DNA from: a virus
Taxonomy: Duplodnaviria > Heunggongvirae > Uroviricota > Caudoviricetes
Virus record (IMG/VR): IMGVR_UViG_3300020577_007897
Strand: one strand, 5' to 3'
Length of the DNA stretch: 43,876 nt
Under the pieces are notes generated by a model. The model searched no databases. It was not told the origin of the DNA and saw only the letters and a program-made list of their open reading frames with translations. The number at the start of each line of letters is the position of its first letter. Position 1 is the stretch's first letter. This document shows positions 19,762 through 29,652 of this stretch, one piece after another. The position numbers were made by a program, and so were the translations under genes.

Positions 19762-20353
19762 TCTTCTCTTGATTCATGGCGCCTGGTCGTCTCCAACAAC
19801 TTTTAATTATCTAAAAGAAAAGCTTAAGGGCTGTAAGGCTCTTGGTACATGTACGAGCATAGAATATGATACTAACTCTATGTCTATTGGAAATATTATC
19901 GACCAATGTAACAGAGTTCTTGACACTGCAACTCACCCAGTTGTCGTTGTGGGTCACTCTATGGGTGGTATTGTTGCTGTTAATTTGCATGATCATCCGC
20001 ATGCGGAAAGCATAGTTACAGTTGCTTGTCCTCTATCGGGTCTAAATATTAATAAGTTCTTGCAGGTGCTGATTGCTTATAGAACACCTTCTATTAGCGA
20101 TATTATGCATATGTCTCCTTTTATTATGCAGACACATTCTCACGAATATACCAAGCCTATTACTTGCCTTGTTACGACAAAGGGCTATAATCCAGCTTGG
20201 TATGAGAAGTCTGATGGTGTAGTTTCTGTTTCATCGCAAAAGCGCTGGGTGCCCAACTCAGCGCGTATTCATGAGATACCTTACAATCATCATGAAGTAC
20301 TGCAGTCAGAAGAATTTTATGAAGTAGTTAGAGACAGGGTATTGAGAAAATGA
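19739..20353 (+). CDS. alpha/beta hydrolase (esterase/lipase)
   Basis: LIHGAW oxyanion region, GHSMGG nucleophile elbow, SDGVV, NHHEVL. Confidence 0.85.
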   Translation: MLRKEKRDLLLIHGAWSSPTTFNYLKEKLKGCKALGTCTSIEYDTNSMSIGNIIDQCNRVLDTATHPVVVVGHSMGGIVAVNLHDHPHAESIVTVACPLSGLNINKFLQVLIAYRTPSISDIMHMSPFIMQTHSHEYTKPITCLVTTKGYNPAWYEKSDGVVSVSSQKRWVPNSARIHEIPYNHHEVLQSEEFYEVVRDRVLRK

Positions 20354-20547
20354 ATATATTGGTGACAAAGTGGAACGGTCAAATTAAGCCAGATGAGACG
20401 GTAGTTATTAACACTGATCATATGATCAGAGCCGAGCCGTTTGAACACAACAGTAGAGAATATACACAGATCTTTATGACTGAAGGTCGTTTTGTTACGC
20501 CAATAAAAATTATGGAATTTTATAGGATGCTTGAGAACGATGTTTGA
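20350..20547 (+). CDS. hypothetical protein
   Basis: ATGA-coupled. Confidence 0.55.
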   Translation: MNILVTKWNGQIKPDETVVINTDHMIRAEPFEHNSREYTQIFMTEGRFVTPIKIMEFYRMLENDV

Positions 20548-21229
20548 TTATCAAAAAGTAAAGCTTGTGTGGATTACACCCAAGGCTGATGAAGTTATTT
20601 CGTATTGTGCTCGAGTTAGCAATCCAGCTAACCAAGAGAATTATGATACTGCTCCTAAGCTTCTCAAGTACCTAGTCAAGAATAAGCATTGGTCTCCATT
20701 TGAAATGGCTTCTATGTGCTTGGAGATTGAGACGACTCGCGATATTGGTAGACAGATTCTACGTCATCGCTCGTTCTCTTTCCAGGAGTTTAGCCAGCGC
20801 TATGCTGAAGTGCAAGAGCCATTTGTCAATAGAGAGACAAGATGGCGCGATGAAAAGAATCGTCAAAATTCTATTGATTATGTTCCGGGACTAGACTATC
20901 AAAAAGATATTCATGATTATTGGCAAAGAGATCAGCAAGAAGTCCAGCGCCTTGCAAAAGAAGTATATGAATGGGCTATTAATGCAGGCGTTGCCAAGGA
21001 ACAAGCAAGAGCTATTCTACCTGAAGGTATGACAATGTCTCGTATGTATATGAGCGGTTCAATTCGTTCATGGATCCATTACGTCCAAGTTCGTGAAGAG
21101 TTTGGCGTTACCCAAAAAGAACATGTAGATATCGCACGCAAAGCCAAAGCGGTATTAATTGAACAACTACCTCCGCTTGAAGATCTTCTATTTCAGGAAG
21201 ATATGTTTAATAAGCCGTTTACAAACTAA
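20540..21229 (+). CDS. thyX: flavin-dependent thymidylate synthase
   Basis: HWSPFE, RQILRHRSFSFQEFSQRY, EQARAILP. Confidence 0.96.
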   Translation: MFDYQKVKLVWITPKADEVISYCARVSNPANQENYDTAPKLLKYLVKNKHWSPFEMASMCLEIETTRDIGRQILRHRSFSFQEFSQRYAEVQEPFVNRETRWRDEKNRQNSIDYVPGLDYQKDIHDYWQRDQQEVQRLAKEVYEWAINAGVAKEQARAILPEGMTMSRMYMSGSIRSWIHYVQVREEFGVTQKEHVDIARKAKAVLIEQLPPLEDLLFQEDMFNKPFTN

Positions 21230-21249
21230 GAAGAAATTAGGAGCAACTA

Positions 21250-23145
21250 ATGACACTCGATCTATATTCCCAGTACATTCACAAATCAAGATACGCTCGC
21301 TTTGTTGATTCAAAAAACAGACGCGAACACTGGGAAGAAACTGTAGATCGTTATATCAATTATATGCAGTCTCATATGCTGGAGAAGTATGGCTTTGATG
21401 ACGCCAATACCTTTAAGCTCCTAAGAGATGCTATTTTTAATTTTGAAGTAATGCCTTCAATGCGCGCTGTTATGAGCGCTGGTAAGGCACTTGACCGTGA
21501 TAATGTGGCTGGGTATAACTGTTCCTATCTTCCTGTAGATCATCCTCGTTCATTTGACGAAGCGATGGCTATTCTTATGTCTGGTACTGGTGTCGGCTTT
21601 TCTGTAGAGCGTCAGTATGTTAATAAGCTCCCTGAAGTACCTGATGAGCTCCATCATACTGATTCTGTAATTGTAGTTGCTGATTCTAAGGTTGGTTGGG
21701 CTTCTTCTCTCAGAGAATTGATCTCTCTTCTATATGCTGGTAAGATTCCTAAGTGGGATACTACCAAGCTAAGACCAGCTGGCGCACGTCTCAAGGTATT
21801 TGGTGGACGCTCAAGTGGTCCTGAACCTCTTATCGATCTGTTCAAGTTCATTGTTAATATCTTCAAGAACGCTGTGGGTCGTAAGCTAACTTCGATCGAG
21901 TGCCATGACATTATGTGCAAGATCGGTGAAGTAGTTGTGGTAGGTGGTGTTCGTCGTTCTGCTATGATTTCTCTTTCTAATCTTTCTGACGATCGTATGC
22001 GTCATGCTAAAGCTGGTTCTTGGTGGGAAGCTTTTGGTCATCGCGCTCTTTCAAATAACAGCGCTGTGTATACCGAGAAGCCTGAAATCGGAACATTTAT
22101 GGCTGAATGGCTAGCTCTATATGAGTCTAAGTCTGGTGAGCGCGGTATCTTCAATCGTGAAGCTTCCAAGGCAGTTGCAGCAAAGAATGGTCGTAGAGAT
22201 CCAGAGCATGACTTTGGAACCAATCCTTGCAGCGAAATCATTCTTCGTCCGTATCAGTTCTGCAATCTTACTGAGGTTATTGTGAGAGCAGAAGATACAG
22301 AAGAAGATCTAGAGCGCAAGGTAATTCTTGCTTCTATTCTTGGAACGTTCCAATCCACTCTTACTTATTTCCCATATCTAAGAAAGATCTGGCAGAAGAA
22401 TACAGAGGAAGAAAGACTGCTGGGTGTATCTCTTACTGGCATCTATGATTCTAAACTACTTAACGACTACAAAGACAAAAAGCTAGGAGCACGTCTTGAA
22501 AAGCTTCGCGATGCAGCGATCCTTACCAATAAGCAATTGGCAGAAAAGCTTGGTATCAATCAATCAGTTGCTGTTACATGTGTTAAGCCATCTGGAACAG
22601 TTAGCCAGCTTACTGACAGCGCTAGCGGTATTCACCCTCGCCATGATCCATATTACTTTAGACGCGTTAGAAACGACAATAAGGATCCACTTACAAAATA
22701 CCTTATTGACGCAGGAATTCCTGCTGAACCAGACGTTACAAAACCTGGTTCCACAACTGTATTCACGTTCCCACAGAAAGCACCAAAGGGTGCACTTGTA
22801 CGCTCTGACGTAAGTGCAATTGATCATCTTGAATTGTGGTTAGCATTCCAACGTCATTGGTGCGAGCATAAGCCATCTGTTACTATTTCTGTAAAGGAAT
22901 CCGAGTGGCTTGAAGTTGGTGCGTGGGTATATAAGCACTTTGATGAAGTAAGTGGTGTTTCATTCCTTCCATGGGATGGCGGTACCTATCGTCAGGCTCC
23001 ATATGAGACTGTTACTAAGGAACAGTACGAAGAGCTAAAAGCTAAAATGCCTGGTAATATCGACTGGGATAAGCTTGTTGAAGTAGAAGATAATGTTGAA
23101 GGCACCCAAACGCTCGCTTGCAGCGCAGGTGGATGTGATCTATAA
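21250..23145 (+). CDS. nrdJ: class II (B12-dependent) ribonucleotide reductase
   Basis: YNCSY, GGVRRSAMISL, TNPCSEI, CNLTEV, TCVKPSGTVSQL, HKPSVTI, C-terminal CSAGGC. Confidence 0.93.
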   Translation: MTLDLYSQYIHKSRYARFVDSKNRREHWEETVDRYINYMQSHMLEKYGFDDANTFKLLRDAIFNFEVMPSMRAVMSAGKALDRDNVAGYNCSYLPVDHPRSFDEAMAILMSGTGVGFSVERQYVNKLPEVPDELHHTDSVIVVADSKVGWASSLRELISLLYAGKIPKWDTTKLRPAGARLKVFGGRSSGPEPLIDLFKFIVNIFKNAVGRKLTSIECHDIMCKIGEVVVVGGVRRSAMISLSNLSDDRMRHAKAGSWWEAFGHRALSNNSAVYTEKPEIGTFMAEWLALYESKSGERGIFNREASKAVAAKNGRRDPEHDFGTNPCSEIILRPYQFCNLTEVIVRAEDTEEDLERKVILASILGTFQSTLTYFPYLRKIWQKNTEEERLLGVSLTGIYDSKLLNDYKDKKLGARLEKLRDAAILTNKQLAEKLGINQSVAVTCVKPSGTVSQLTDSASGIHPRHDPYYFRRVRNDNKDPLTKYLIDAGIPAEPDVTKPGSTTVFTFPQKAPKGALVRSDVSAIDHLELWLAFQRHWCEHKPSVTISVKESEWLEVGAWVYKHFDEVSGVSFLPWDGGTYRQAPYETVTKEQYEELKAKMPGNIDWDKLVEVEDNVEGTQTLACSAGGCDL

Positions 23146-23450
23146 TGTATAGTGATGGAAATGTGAAATATTACAACTATAATTCCAAAGTGCGTTTGGT
23201 TGTAAAATATGTGAACACTGGTATAGATCATGACACATTCAAACCATATGAGTTTATTCAGTACATAAAAGTTAACAAAGCAAAAACAAAAGGTTGGGAC
23301 TTTGATCTCGTAGAAGACCCTAAAGAAGCTACAGTCTTTATTGATTATTTTCAAGCAGAGCTTTACAAACGTAAGTGTATGTCAGGCGATCGAATTGGCA
23401 ATATGGGAAAAGGCACAACTAAGATAGTAGCGAGAGCTGTAACAAGATGA
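23145..23450 (+). CDS. hypothetical protein
   Basis: TAATG-coupled ORF. Confidence 0.5.
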   Translation: MYSDGNVKYYNYNSKVRLVVKYVNTGIDHDTFKPYEFIQYIKVNKAKTKGWDFDLVEDPKEATVFIDYFQAELYKRKCMSGDRIGNMGKGTTKIVARAVTR

Positions 23451-23704
23451 AAAAGTACGTGTTCAGAGCTGATATTAAAGATGGCCATCGTAGATACCCA
23501 ATCTATTATTGCTTAGATAATAAAAATGCATTGGGCTTTAATTTTACCAAGAACGGTAAAGAAGCCCATGTATTTGATCAAGGTGAGATAATGGCTCAGC
23601 AAGTACTTAAAGTAACTCGATCGGCTTTTTTGTCATGTGCAGAATATTATAGAAGTCAAGTTTGGCGCAATTGGCCCAATTTTAAAGTTGTTGAGCGTCG
23701 CTAA
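23447..23704 (+). CDS. hypothetical protein
   Basis: ATGA-coupled ORF. Confidence 0.5.
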   Translation: MKKYVFRADIKDGHRRYPIYYCLDNKNALGFNFTKNGKEAHVFDQGEIMAQQVLKVTRSAFLSCAEYYRSQVWRNWPNFKVVERR

Positions 23705-23765
23705 ATAAATTAGAGGGGCCACAGGGTTTTGCGTACCCCTCACCCTATTTTAGAAAGGTATCAAA

Positions 23766-24002
23766 ATGGGCAGACCAGAAACACAAGGAAGACAACAAAT
23801 GAGTATTTTCTCAGATCGTTTTGTACAGCTAACAGACGATAATCCAAAGGCTGAAGGGCGCACTCTTTGCATAGCTAAAGCTCATATCGTTACATTTTAT
23901 CGTACTGAGAAAGACCCGTCAAAGACAATTATTTTGACTTCTGATGGCCTATCTTATACAGTCAAGGAAAAGGTCCAAGACATCTATAAGATGGTAGATT
24001 AA
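23766..24002 (+). CDS. hypothetical protein
   Basis: follows CTAAATA at about 23702; start may be internal. Confidence 0.55.
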   Translation: MGRPETQGRQQMSIFSDRFVQLTDDNPKAEGRTLCIAKAHIVTFYRTEKDPSKTIILTSDGLSYTVKEKVQDIYKMVD

Positions 24003-24220
24003 TGTCAGTCTTTAGCAATGAGTTTATGATTATTCCAGTTCGTGAAGGTGGATTTGTTATTAGATCACAACCTTATCAGAATTGGCGTGATGGAACTACT
24101 GCTGGTTCCAACGAACTTTATGCTTTTACATGCATGCAAGATCTACTAGATTTTCTTAAGGATCATGCAACCCAATATAGAGCTCTTCCCTCTAAAGATG
24201 AAGTGAACAAATTAAAGTGA
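24002..24220 (+). CDS. hypothetical protein
   Basis: TAATG-coupled. Confidence 0.55.
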   Translation: MSVFSNEFMIIPVREGGFVIRSQPYQNWRDGTTAGSNELYAFTCMQDLLDFLKDHATQYRALPSKDEVNKLK

Positions 24221-24227
24221 GGTTATA

Positions 24228-24314
24228 ATGCCACATCCCCATAAGAATAGACCACGTACCGGCCGCCGCAAGGTAGGCAGCAAGAAGCGTCGTCAGCGTA
24301 GAAAGAATAAGTAA
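24228..24314 (+). CDS. 28-aa highly basic micropeptide (not in ORF track)
   Basis: SD GAGG; MPHPHKNRPRTGRRKVGSKKRRQRRKNK; stop overlaps next ATG. Confidence 0.65.
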   Translation: MPHPHKNRPRTGRRKVGSKKRRQRRKNK

Positions 24315-24661
24315 TGTGTGCCGTAAGCTATATGGGTGATTATTGGAAAGACCAGTTGCCTAAAAAACACCCATGGGTTCAGCCATCATATCCAGGCGGT
24401 CCTATTAATCCAGCTGTTCCAATGCCGGGTATTGATTATCCAATTCAGCCTACTATTACTCTTCCTCCAGTGGAAACAGTCAAGAAAGAAGACTTCGAAG
24501 CTTTGCGCAAAGAAGTGCAAGAGCTAAAAGAACTTCTAAAGGCTGCTATTAAGTATGATAAGGAAACAGGTGAGCCTGATTGTCATATGGATGAAAAGAT
24601 TGAATTGATCAAGCAGGTTGCTAAGTACGTTGGCGTTGACCTAAAGGACGTATTCAAGTAA
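24314..24661 (+). CDS. hypothetical protein
   Basis: coupled ORF; C-terminal coiled coil and EPDC motif. Confidence 0.65.
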   Translation: MCAVSYMGDYWKDQLPKKHPWVQPSYPGGPINPAVPMPGIDYPIQPTITLPPVETVKKEDFEALRKEVQELKELLKAAIKYDKETGEPDCHMDEKIELIKQVAKYVGVDLKDVFK

Positions 24662-24701
24662 AGCCTAAATATCAACATACTTAATTTTTAGGAATGTTGA
24701 T

Positions 24702-25103
24702 ATGTGGCTTTATATGGGTCAGCCTTTTAATCAAGAGGCTTGTTATTATGCATCTGTTGGGTTTGTCTATCTTATAAAGAACTTGACAAACGGCAAGATG
24801 TATGTAGGTAAAAAGCTCTTCACCAAGTCAAAGGCTTACCAAAAAAATAAGAAAAGAAAAAAGAAGCGAGTAGATTCAGACTGGGAGTTGTACACCGGTT
24901 CTAATGAACAGCTCAATCTAGATATCGCTTCTGGTCATCAAATTGAAAAACATATACTATGGCTATGTCCAACCAAAGGATGGATGACCTATTATGAGAC
25001 TAAAGAAATATTAAATCGCGACTGTCTCTTGAGTGACGACTATTATAACCAATGGGTCAGTTGCAAAATAAGAAGAAGTCACCTCAAGGAAAAGACAAAA
25101 TGA
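24702..25103 (+). CDS. GIY-YIG family nuclease-like protein
   Basis: VGFVYLIKNLTNGKMYVGKK, W..YTGS, YYNQW; late promoter CCTAAATA 24664-24671 in hairpin. Confidence 0.8.
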   Translation: MWLYMGQPFNQEACYYASVGFVYLIKNLTNGKMYVGKKLFTKSKAYQKNKKRKKKRVDSDWELYTGSNEQLNLDIASGHQIEKHILWLCPTKGWMTYYETKEILNRDCLLSDDYYNQWVSCKIRRSHLKEKTK

Positions 25104-26233
25104 TTAGCTGGTTTAAAGGATTTTTAGGTTCAAACGGACCTGTTCCATTTGCTGCTGATATTGCTGCACAGCAAGCAGCAATTAAGGTTAAGAGCCCTCC
25201 TCTTGCCCAAACAATTCCTACTGTTCCTGAGCTGAATATTGAAGAGATAAAGAATCCTCCAGTAGAAGCTACTCCTGCACCTACTCAATCAATTTCTGCT
25301 GGTAAAGGTTTGATTGCAGCTGGTATTATTGCTGCTGCTGCAGGCGGCATTGCTTATTATAAACCAGATCTAGCATCTCAACTTGCTAACCCTACTCCTG
25401 TTGTAGTTGAAGCACCAAAAGTTGAAACTCCTATAACACCAGAACCTGTGGTTGTAAAAGAAGATCCTAAGCCAGTTCCTAAGATTGAGCTTCCTCCTCT
25501 TCCTCCAGTACCACAGACTGTAGCAGGTGAAACAATTGATAACGAATGTACAGCTCCTATTGCACAAAAGAAGACTGTGCGTGTTATCTATGTTCGTGTT
25601 CCTGAGACAGATGATAAGGGTGTGACGAGATACGTTTATATCAAGAAACCTGTTGTTGTGTATAAGTATGTTCCAACACCTAAGCCAATTGATCCTGTAT
25701 CTACACCTGTTGTAGTTGCACCAACACCTCCTGTTGCACCAGCTCCTGAGCCAACAAAGCCAGCAGTTATAGCTGATAAGGGCGTTCTTATTGGTTTTAG
25801 AGGTCTAAATAATATCTTCGATCAAGCAGCATTTGAAGACTTTGCAAAGACACAGGGATATAGTAAGACTCTAGTTATTGATGAATGGGAACAAAAGAGC
25901 GCTGTAAACAGTGCTGTTGACTCTCTCAAAGACTTTAAAACACCTTATGGCCTGTATGGTTTCTCATTGGGTGGCGATTCTGCTAAGTTGATGGTTAAGA
26001 CTGTTAAAGCTATGCAGGCAAAAGGAAAGAGTGCAACTCTCCCTAATGCAGTTTATATTATCGGATCATCTCAGGTGATTCCGTTTAAGGATGCCTTTGT
26101 CGGTGTTCCAGAAGTAATGTTCTGGTTCCACGCTAATACCAAGCATGATGTGGATGGTGTGTTTATTAAGGCACCTCACACCGGTGCAGGTAACATTCAG
26201 CAGCTCGTTGCTGATTCGATTAAGAAAGGCTAA
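25100..26233 (+). CDS. Pro-rich membrane-anchored protein with C-terminal hydrolase-like domain
   Basis: TM GLIAAGIIAAAAGGIAYY, Pro/Val linkers, YGLYGFSLGG elbow. Confidence 0.6.
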   Translation: MISWFKGFLGSNGPVPFAADIAAQQAAIKVKSPPLAQTIPTVPELNIEEIKNPPVEATPAPTQSISAGKGLIAAGIIAAAAGGIAYYKPDLASQLANPTPVVVEAPKVETPITPEPVVVKEDPKPVPKIELPPLPPVPQTVAGETIDNECTAPIAQKKTVRVIYVRVPETDDKGVTRYVYIKKPVVVYKYVPTPKPIDPVSTPVVVAPTPPVAPAPEPTKPAVIADKGVLIGFRGLNNIFDQAAFEDFAKTQGYSKTLVIDEWEQKSAVNSAVDSLKDFKTPYGLYGFSLGGDSAKLMVKTVKAMQAKGKSATLPNAVYIIGSSQVIPFKDAFVGVPEVMFWFHANTKHDVDGVFIKAPHTGAGNIQQLVADSIKKG

Positions 26234-26235
26234 CA

Positions 26236-26553
26236 ATGGCTAGCATTAAAGATCTTTGGTCATGGCTAATTGGAACTAAAGATTCTGCTCTTGAAGTTAT
26301 TAAGAGCTCAGCTAATACTCCTCATCAAACAATCTCTATCAGCAAGACTGACGGGGTAACGATAGAGTATACTGATCCTCCCAAGGCTCCAAAAGCGCCA
26401 GTGCCAAAAGTAGAAGCTCCTAAAGTAGAAATAAAGCCAGCTGCTCCAGCTCCGGTGGTTCCTAAAGTTGAACCACCAAAGGTTGAAGTAAAGCCTGTAG
26501 AAGCTCCTAAGCTAGAAGCGCCCAAAAAGGCCAAGAAAGCAAAGAAGAAATAA
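26236..26553 (+). CDS. Pro/Lys-rich protein
   Basis: PKVE repeats. Confidence 0.6.
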   Translation: MASIKDLWSWLIGTKDSALEVIKSSANTPHQTISISKTDGVTIEYTDPPKAPKAPVPKVEAPKVEIKPAAPAPVVPKVEPPKVEVKPVEAPKLEAPKKAKKAKKK

Positions 26554-26556
26554 GCT

Positions 26557-27195
26557 ATGATGACACCTCGCGTTATCGATATTTACTCAGGTACCAGAGT
26601 TAAAGACGACTCTTTTAAGAAGGCCGCCGCCGCAGGCATCTGGGCATGTATTCACAAAGCTACCGAGGGCAATAGCTATAAGGATAAGACATATCCTGTG
26701 CGTCGCAAGATGGCTGAAGAAGCAGGCATGCTTTGGGGCGCATATCACTTTAATTATGGTAATGATTGGAAGACACAGGTCAATAATTTTCTTGGTTGGG
26801 CAGCACCTGACGAGAATACTTTGGTGTGTCTTGATTATGAAGATCATACAGTCAATATGAATATTCAATCTGCTCTTGCCTTCATGAAGGAAGTAGAAAG
26901 CAGAACAGGAAAGCTATGTGCAATCTACTCTGGTAATAGACTTAAAGAAACAATTCAGACTGTTGGTCCTGAAGATGTGAAGTATCTTAGTGAGCGCAAG
27001 CTATGGATTTGTCAATATGGTCCTCGTCTGCAAATGCCAAAAGGAATAGATAAAGATGCTTGGTTTTTATGGCAGTATACTGGTGACGACGTTGGTCCTC
27101 TCCCTCACTCTGTACCTGGCTTTGACCCTGGAATTGATCTATCAGTCTATAACGGCGAATCGAAAGAAGAATTCGCGACAACGTGGATAAGCTAA
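26557..27195 (+). CDS. GH25 muramidase (endolysin)
   Basis: VIDIY, KATEG..Y.D, GAYHF, LDYE, LWICQY, WQYTG. Confidence 0.92.
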   Translation: MMTPRVIDIYSGTRVKDDSFKKAAAAGIWACIHKATEGNSYKDKTYPVRRKMAEEAGMLWGAYHFNYGNDWKTQVNNFLGWAAPDENTLVCLDYEDHTVNMNIQSALAFMKEVESRTGKLCAIYSGNRLKETIQTVGPEDVKYLSERKLWICQYGPRLQMPKGIDKDAWFLWQYTGDDVGPLPHSVPGFDPGIDLSVYNGESKEEFATTWIS

Positions 27196-27196
27196 C

Positions 27197-27514
27197 ATGA
27201 AAAATCTTAGACAAGTAACGCCAAAACCAGCAAGGGCAGGTTCATTTGAACATTTTCATGCACTAGCTAAAAAAGCTGATCGTCATTATTCAAGCGCTGT
27301 TTATGCTGAAAATGAGGGTTATGGAAAGCGCGCTGAAATGCATCGCAAACAATCAATGCAAACAATGGAAAAGTTAGCTCATCATTATGGTGAAGCTGCT
27401 GCAACTGCAGTAGATGAATCTGATTCTCTTAGTAAAAAATCATTGAGAAAAACTTATGATGAGCATAAGAAAAACTTCCCAAAAAATCCTGGACGTTTTA
27501 AACCGAAAGATTAA
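27197..27514 (+). CDS. hypothetical protein
   Basis: ORF in operon. Confidence 0.55.
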   Translation: MKNLRQVTPKPARAGSFEHFHALAKKADRHYSSAVYAENEGYGKRAEMHRKQSMQTMEKLAHHYGEAAATAVDESDSLSKKSLRKTYDEHKKNFPKNPGRFKPKD

Positions 27515-27516
27515 TC

Positions 27517-27747
27517 ATGATATTACAATTAAACCCTCCTATACCGGTAATTACACCTAAAGGAAAAGGTTTTGCGCATTTAGTAATCGATTATGGTCCA
27601 GAGCATAACCTGCTTTGGACCGTTTTCATAGATAAAACAGGTGAATGCTGGACTTATGAGAACAAAGAGATAAGATCACAAGAGAATGTTACTCTTGGTA
27701 GAAGTATTCCACCACTAAGTAATGAACCTATTGTTCTTAATGAATAA
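27517..27747 (+). CDS. hypothetical protein
   Basis: MILQLNPPIPV.TPKG.G.AH..IDYG.E...W. Confidence 0.65.
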   Translation: MILQLNPPIPVITPKGKGFAHLVIDYGPEHNLLWTVFIDKTGECWTYENKEIRSQENVTLGRSIPPLSNEPIVLNE

Positions 27748-27754
27748 AATCCAG

Positions 27755-27783
27755 TTGATCTTTGGGTAAAAAGCCGCCATTAT
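27755..27783 (+). promoter_or_regulatory. sigma70-type promoter TTGATC-N17-CATTAT
   Basis: same GTTGATC -35 and 17-nt spacer recur at 29624, 36500, 40650. Confidence 0.55.
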
Positions 27784-27836
27784 TAGGTCACTGAGATGAG
27801 ACAACCCCAACACGGGAACACAGAAAGTGTAATATT

Positions 27837-28178
27837 ATGAGAGAATTTATTTGGGCTGCTATTCTTGCTACTGTCATGGTTACTGGTCTTGCGCATTATA
27901 ATAAGGCAAAAGCTGGCCCATCAATGGCAACTACGTTTATTACCTTGAATAAGGGCGTTACTACAGAACAGTGCCTTGCTAAGGCTGCTTATAAGTTTAA
28001 GGAAGCTGGTATCGTTGAAAACGTAGATGTCCAGAAGGGTACAATCTACGCTGAAAACGGTGATTATACTGCACATGCTCGTTGCTCGCCAGAGAATGGA
28101 TTTGTTTACTTTGTAATTGCTGGTCCTGATTCTCGCGTTGCTATGAAGGCGCTCGAGTTTATTACAGATAAGTTCTGA
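27837..28178 (+). CDS. exported hypothetical protein
   Basis: signal-peptide-like N-terminus, two Cys. Confidence 0.6.
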   Translation: MREFIWAAILATVMVTGLAHYNKAKAGPSMATTFITLNKGVTTEQCLAKAAYKFKEAGIVENVDVQKGTIYAENGDYTAHARCSPENGFVYFVIAGPDSRVAMKALEFITDKF

Positions 28179-28966
28179 TGGTTAATGCTGTAATTAATTA
28201 CGTAAAGCGCCCTGAGCCGGGTGAGCAGTTATACGCCACAACTGTAGAATCTCCTTGTGAGCAGATTGCAACTAACATTGTACTCGATCCTCATGAAGTA
28301 GAAATTACCGATGGTAGAAATTATAACTTTTCGCTTGATAAAGAAGGTTTCCAGCTTTTAAAGCATGAAAGCCGCGCAGTTATGTATCGTGGTGATAAGC
28401 CACTAGATTTGCAGCATTACTTTTATGAATGCTCGAACTTTGTTCGTAGAGTAACTGGTGCTAATAGAGCGTTTGTATTTAATCATGTTTTACGTCACAA
28501 TCATAGTGCTAATAATTATGGCTCTATTCTTAGAGCTCATGTAGATCAGTCTGATAAGTCTGGTCCTGAAAGAGTAAGAGATCATTTTCCGCGAGATGCT
28601 GAAAAGCTTTTGCAGAAACGTGTTCAGATGGTAACATTATGGCGCCCTCTTATTGGACCTTTGTTTGATGATCCTTTGGCATTATTAGATGCTTCGTCTA
28701 TGGATGAGCAGCTTGATTTGATGCCATCAAACTTGATTCTTAAACACAGAGTGGGTGAAAATTATGCAGTAGCATATAATCCAAACCATAAATGGTATTA
28801 CTTCTCTGCTATGCAACCTAATGAAGTACTACTGTTCAAAGGGTATGATTCACGTAAAGATGTAGCTAGGTTTGTACCGCATTCTGCTTTTACACTACCA
28901 AATATGTCAGAAGGCGTAGTTCCTAGACAAAGTATTGAAATTAGAATGTTGTTGTTCTCTAAATAA
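28178..28966 (+). CDS. CmcJ/NvfI-like Fe(II)/2OG-type oxidoreductase, paralog 1
   Basis: AHVDQ, VQMVTLWRPL, DPLALLD, HKWYYFSAM..EVLLFKGYDS, PHSAF, RQSIEIR. Confidence 0.75.
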   Translation: MVNAVINYVKRPEPGEQLYATTVESPCEQIATNIVLDPHEVEITDGRNYNFSLDKEGFQLLKHESRAVMYRGDKPLDLQHYFYECSNFVRRVTGANRAFVFNHVLRHNHSANNYGSILRAHVDQSDKSGPERVRDHFPRDAEKLLQKRVQMVTLWRPLIGPLFDDPLALLDASSMDEQLDLMPSNLILKHRVGENYAVAYNPNHKWYYFSAMQPNEVLLFKGYDSRKDVARFVPHSAFTLPNMSEGVVPRQSIEIRMLLFSK

Positions 28967-28978
28967 AGGCCTAAATAA

Positions 28979-29239
28979 ATGAAGAAGTTTCTTATTGCAG
29001 CTCTCGCTCTCTCGTTTATGAGTGCACCAGCTTTTGCGCACGGACGTCGTGGACATTGGCACGGTGGTGGAAATTGGATTGCTCCAGCTATTGTTGGAAC
29101 GATTATTGGCGGCGCATTGCTTTATAACTATGCTCCTCCTCCGCGTACTCGTTGTCTAGAAGAGCAGGTTTTCGATCAGTATGGTCGAGCTGTTTTTGAT
29201 GCTTATGGCCGACCTGTAACTCAGGTTGTTTGCCGCTAA
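28979..29239 (+). CDS. exported hypothetical protein
   Basis: MKKFLIAALALS signal peptide; CCTAAATA upstream. Confidence 0.65.
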   Translation: MKKFLIAALALSFMSAPAFAHGRRGHWHGGGNWIAPAIVGTIIGGALLYNYAPPPRTRCLEEQVFDQYGRAVFDAYGRPVTQVVCR

Positions 29240-29246
29240 AGAATAT

Positions 29247-29320
29247 TGCCCCTTCATATAATGGAAGTATGTCAGGCTTTGAACCTGATCGCGTCGGATC
29301 GATACCGGCAGGGGCTACCA
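29247..29320 (+). tRNA. tRNA-Gln(TTG)
   Basis: cloverleaf, loop CT-TTG-AA, T1:T72 mismatch, CCA. Confidence 0.9.
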
Positions 29321-29516
29321 AACAAGGAAAGTAAACATGTCTCCATCAGAGTTCTTTTCTGCACTAGTAGATGATATTACCGGTAAAGATGCTAACGGGC
29401 GAAATGCTCAGCAAAAGAAAGATCTGCAGCTAGCAAAAAAGCAGCTCAATCTAGATGGTCTAAAATGACTAAAGAAGAAAGAAGTGAACAAGCAAGACAA
29501 AGACATAAACGTATTA

Positions 29517-29592
29517 GGGGTAATGGCTAGAGTGGTTATAGCACAGTCTGCAAAACTGTATTAGGTGAGTTCGATCCTCACTTACCCCTCCA
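29517..29592 (+). tRNA. tRNA-Cys(GCA)
   Basis: GGGGTAA/TTACCCC, loop CT-GCA-AA, U73, CCA. Confidence 0.93.
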
Positions 29593-29623
29593 TAACTGCT
29601 TGAGTCTCAACAGAACAATTCAG

Positions 29624-29652
29624 TTGATCTGAACTGCAGATGAAGCTATATT
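29624..29652 (+). promoter_or_regulatory. sigma70-type promoter TTGATC-N17-TATATT
   Basis: recurring phage promoter. Confidence 0.6.

Noticed and set aside
2504-23145. Inteins or group I introns in gp43, gp41, primase, nrdJ
   Set aside because: Lengths and motif spacing are normal; no interruptions seen
29337-29530. Possible frameshifted small gene (KAAQSRW...EERSEQAR in a second frame)
   Set aside because: Short, no clear slippery site or start; cannot distinguish it from a decayed or spurious ORF
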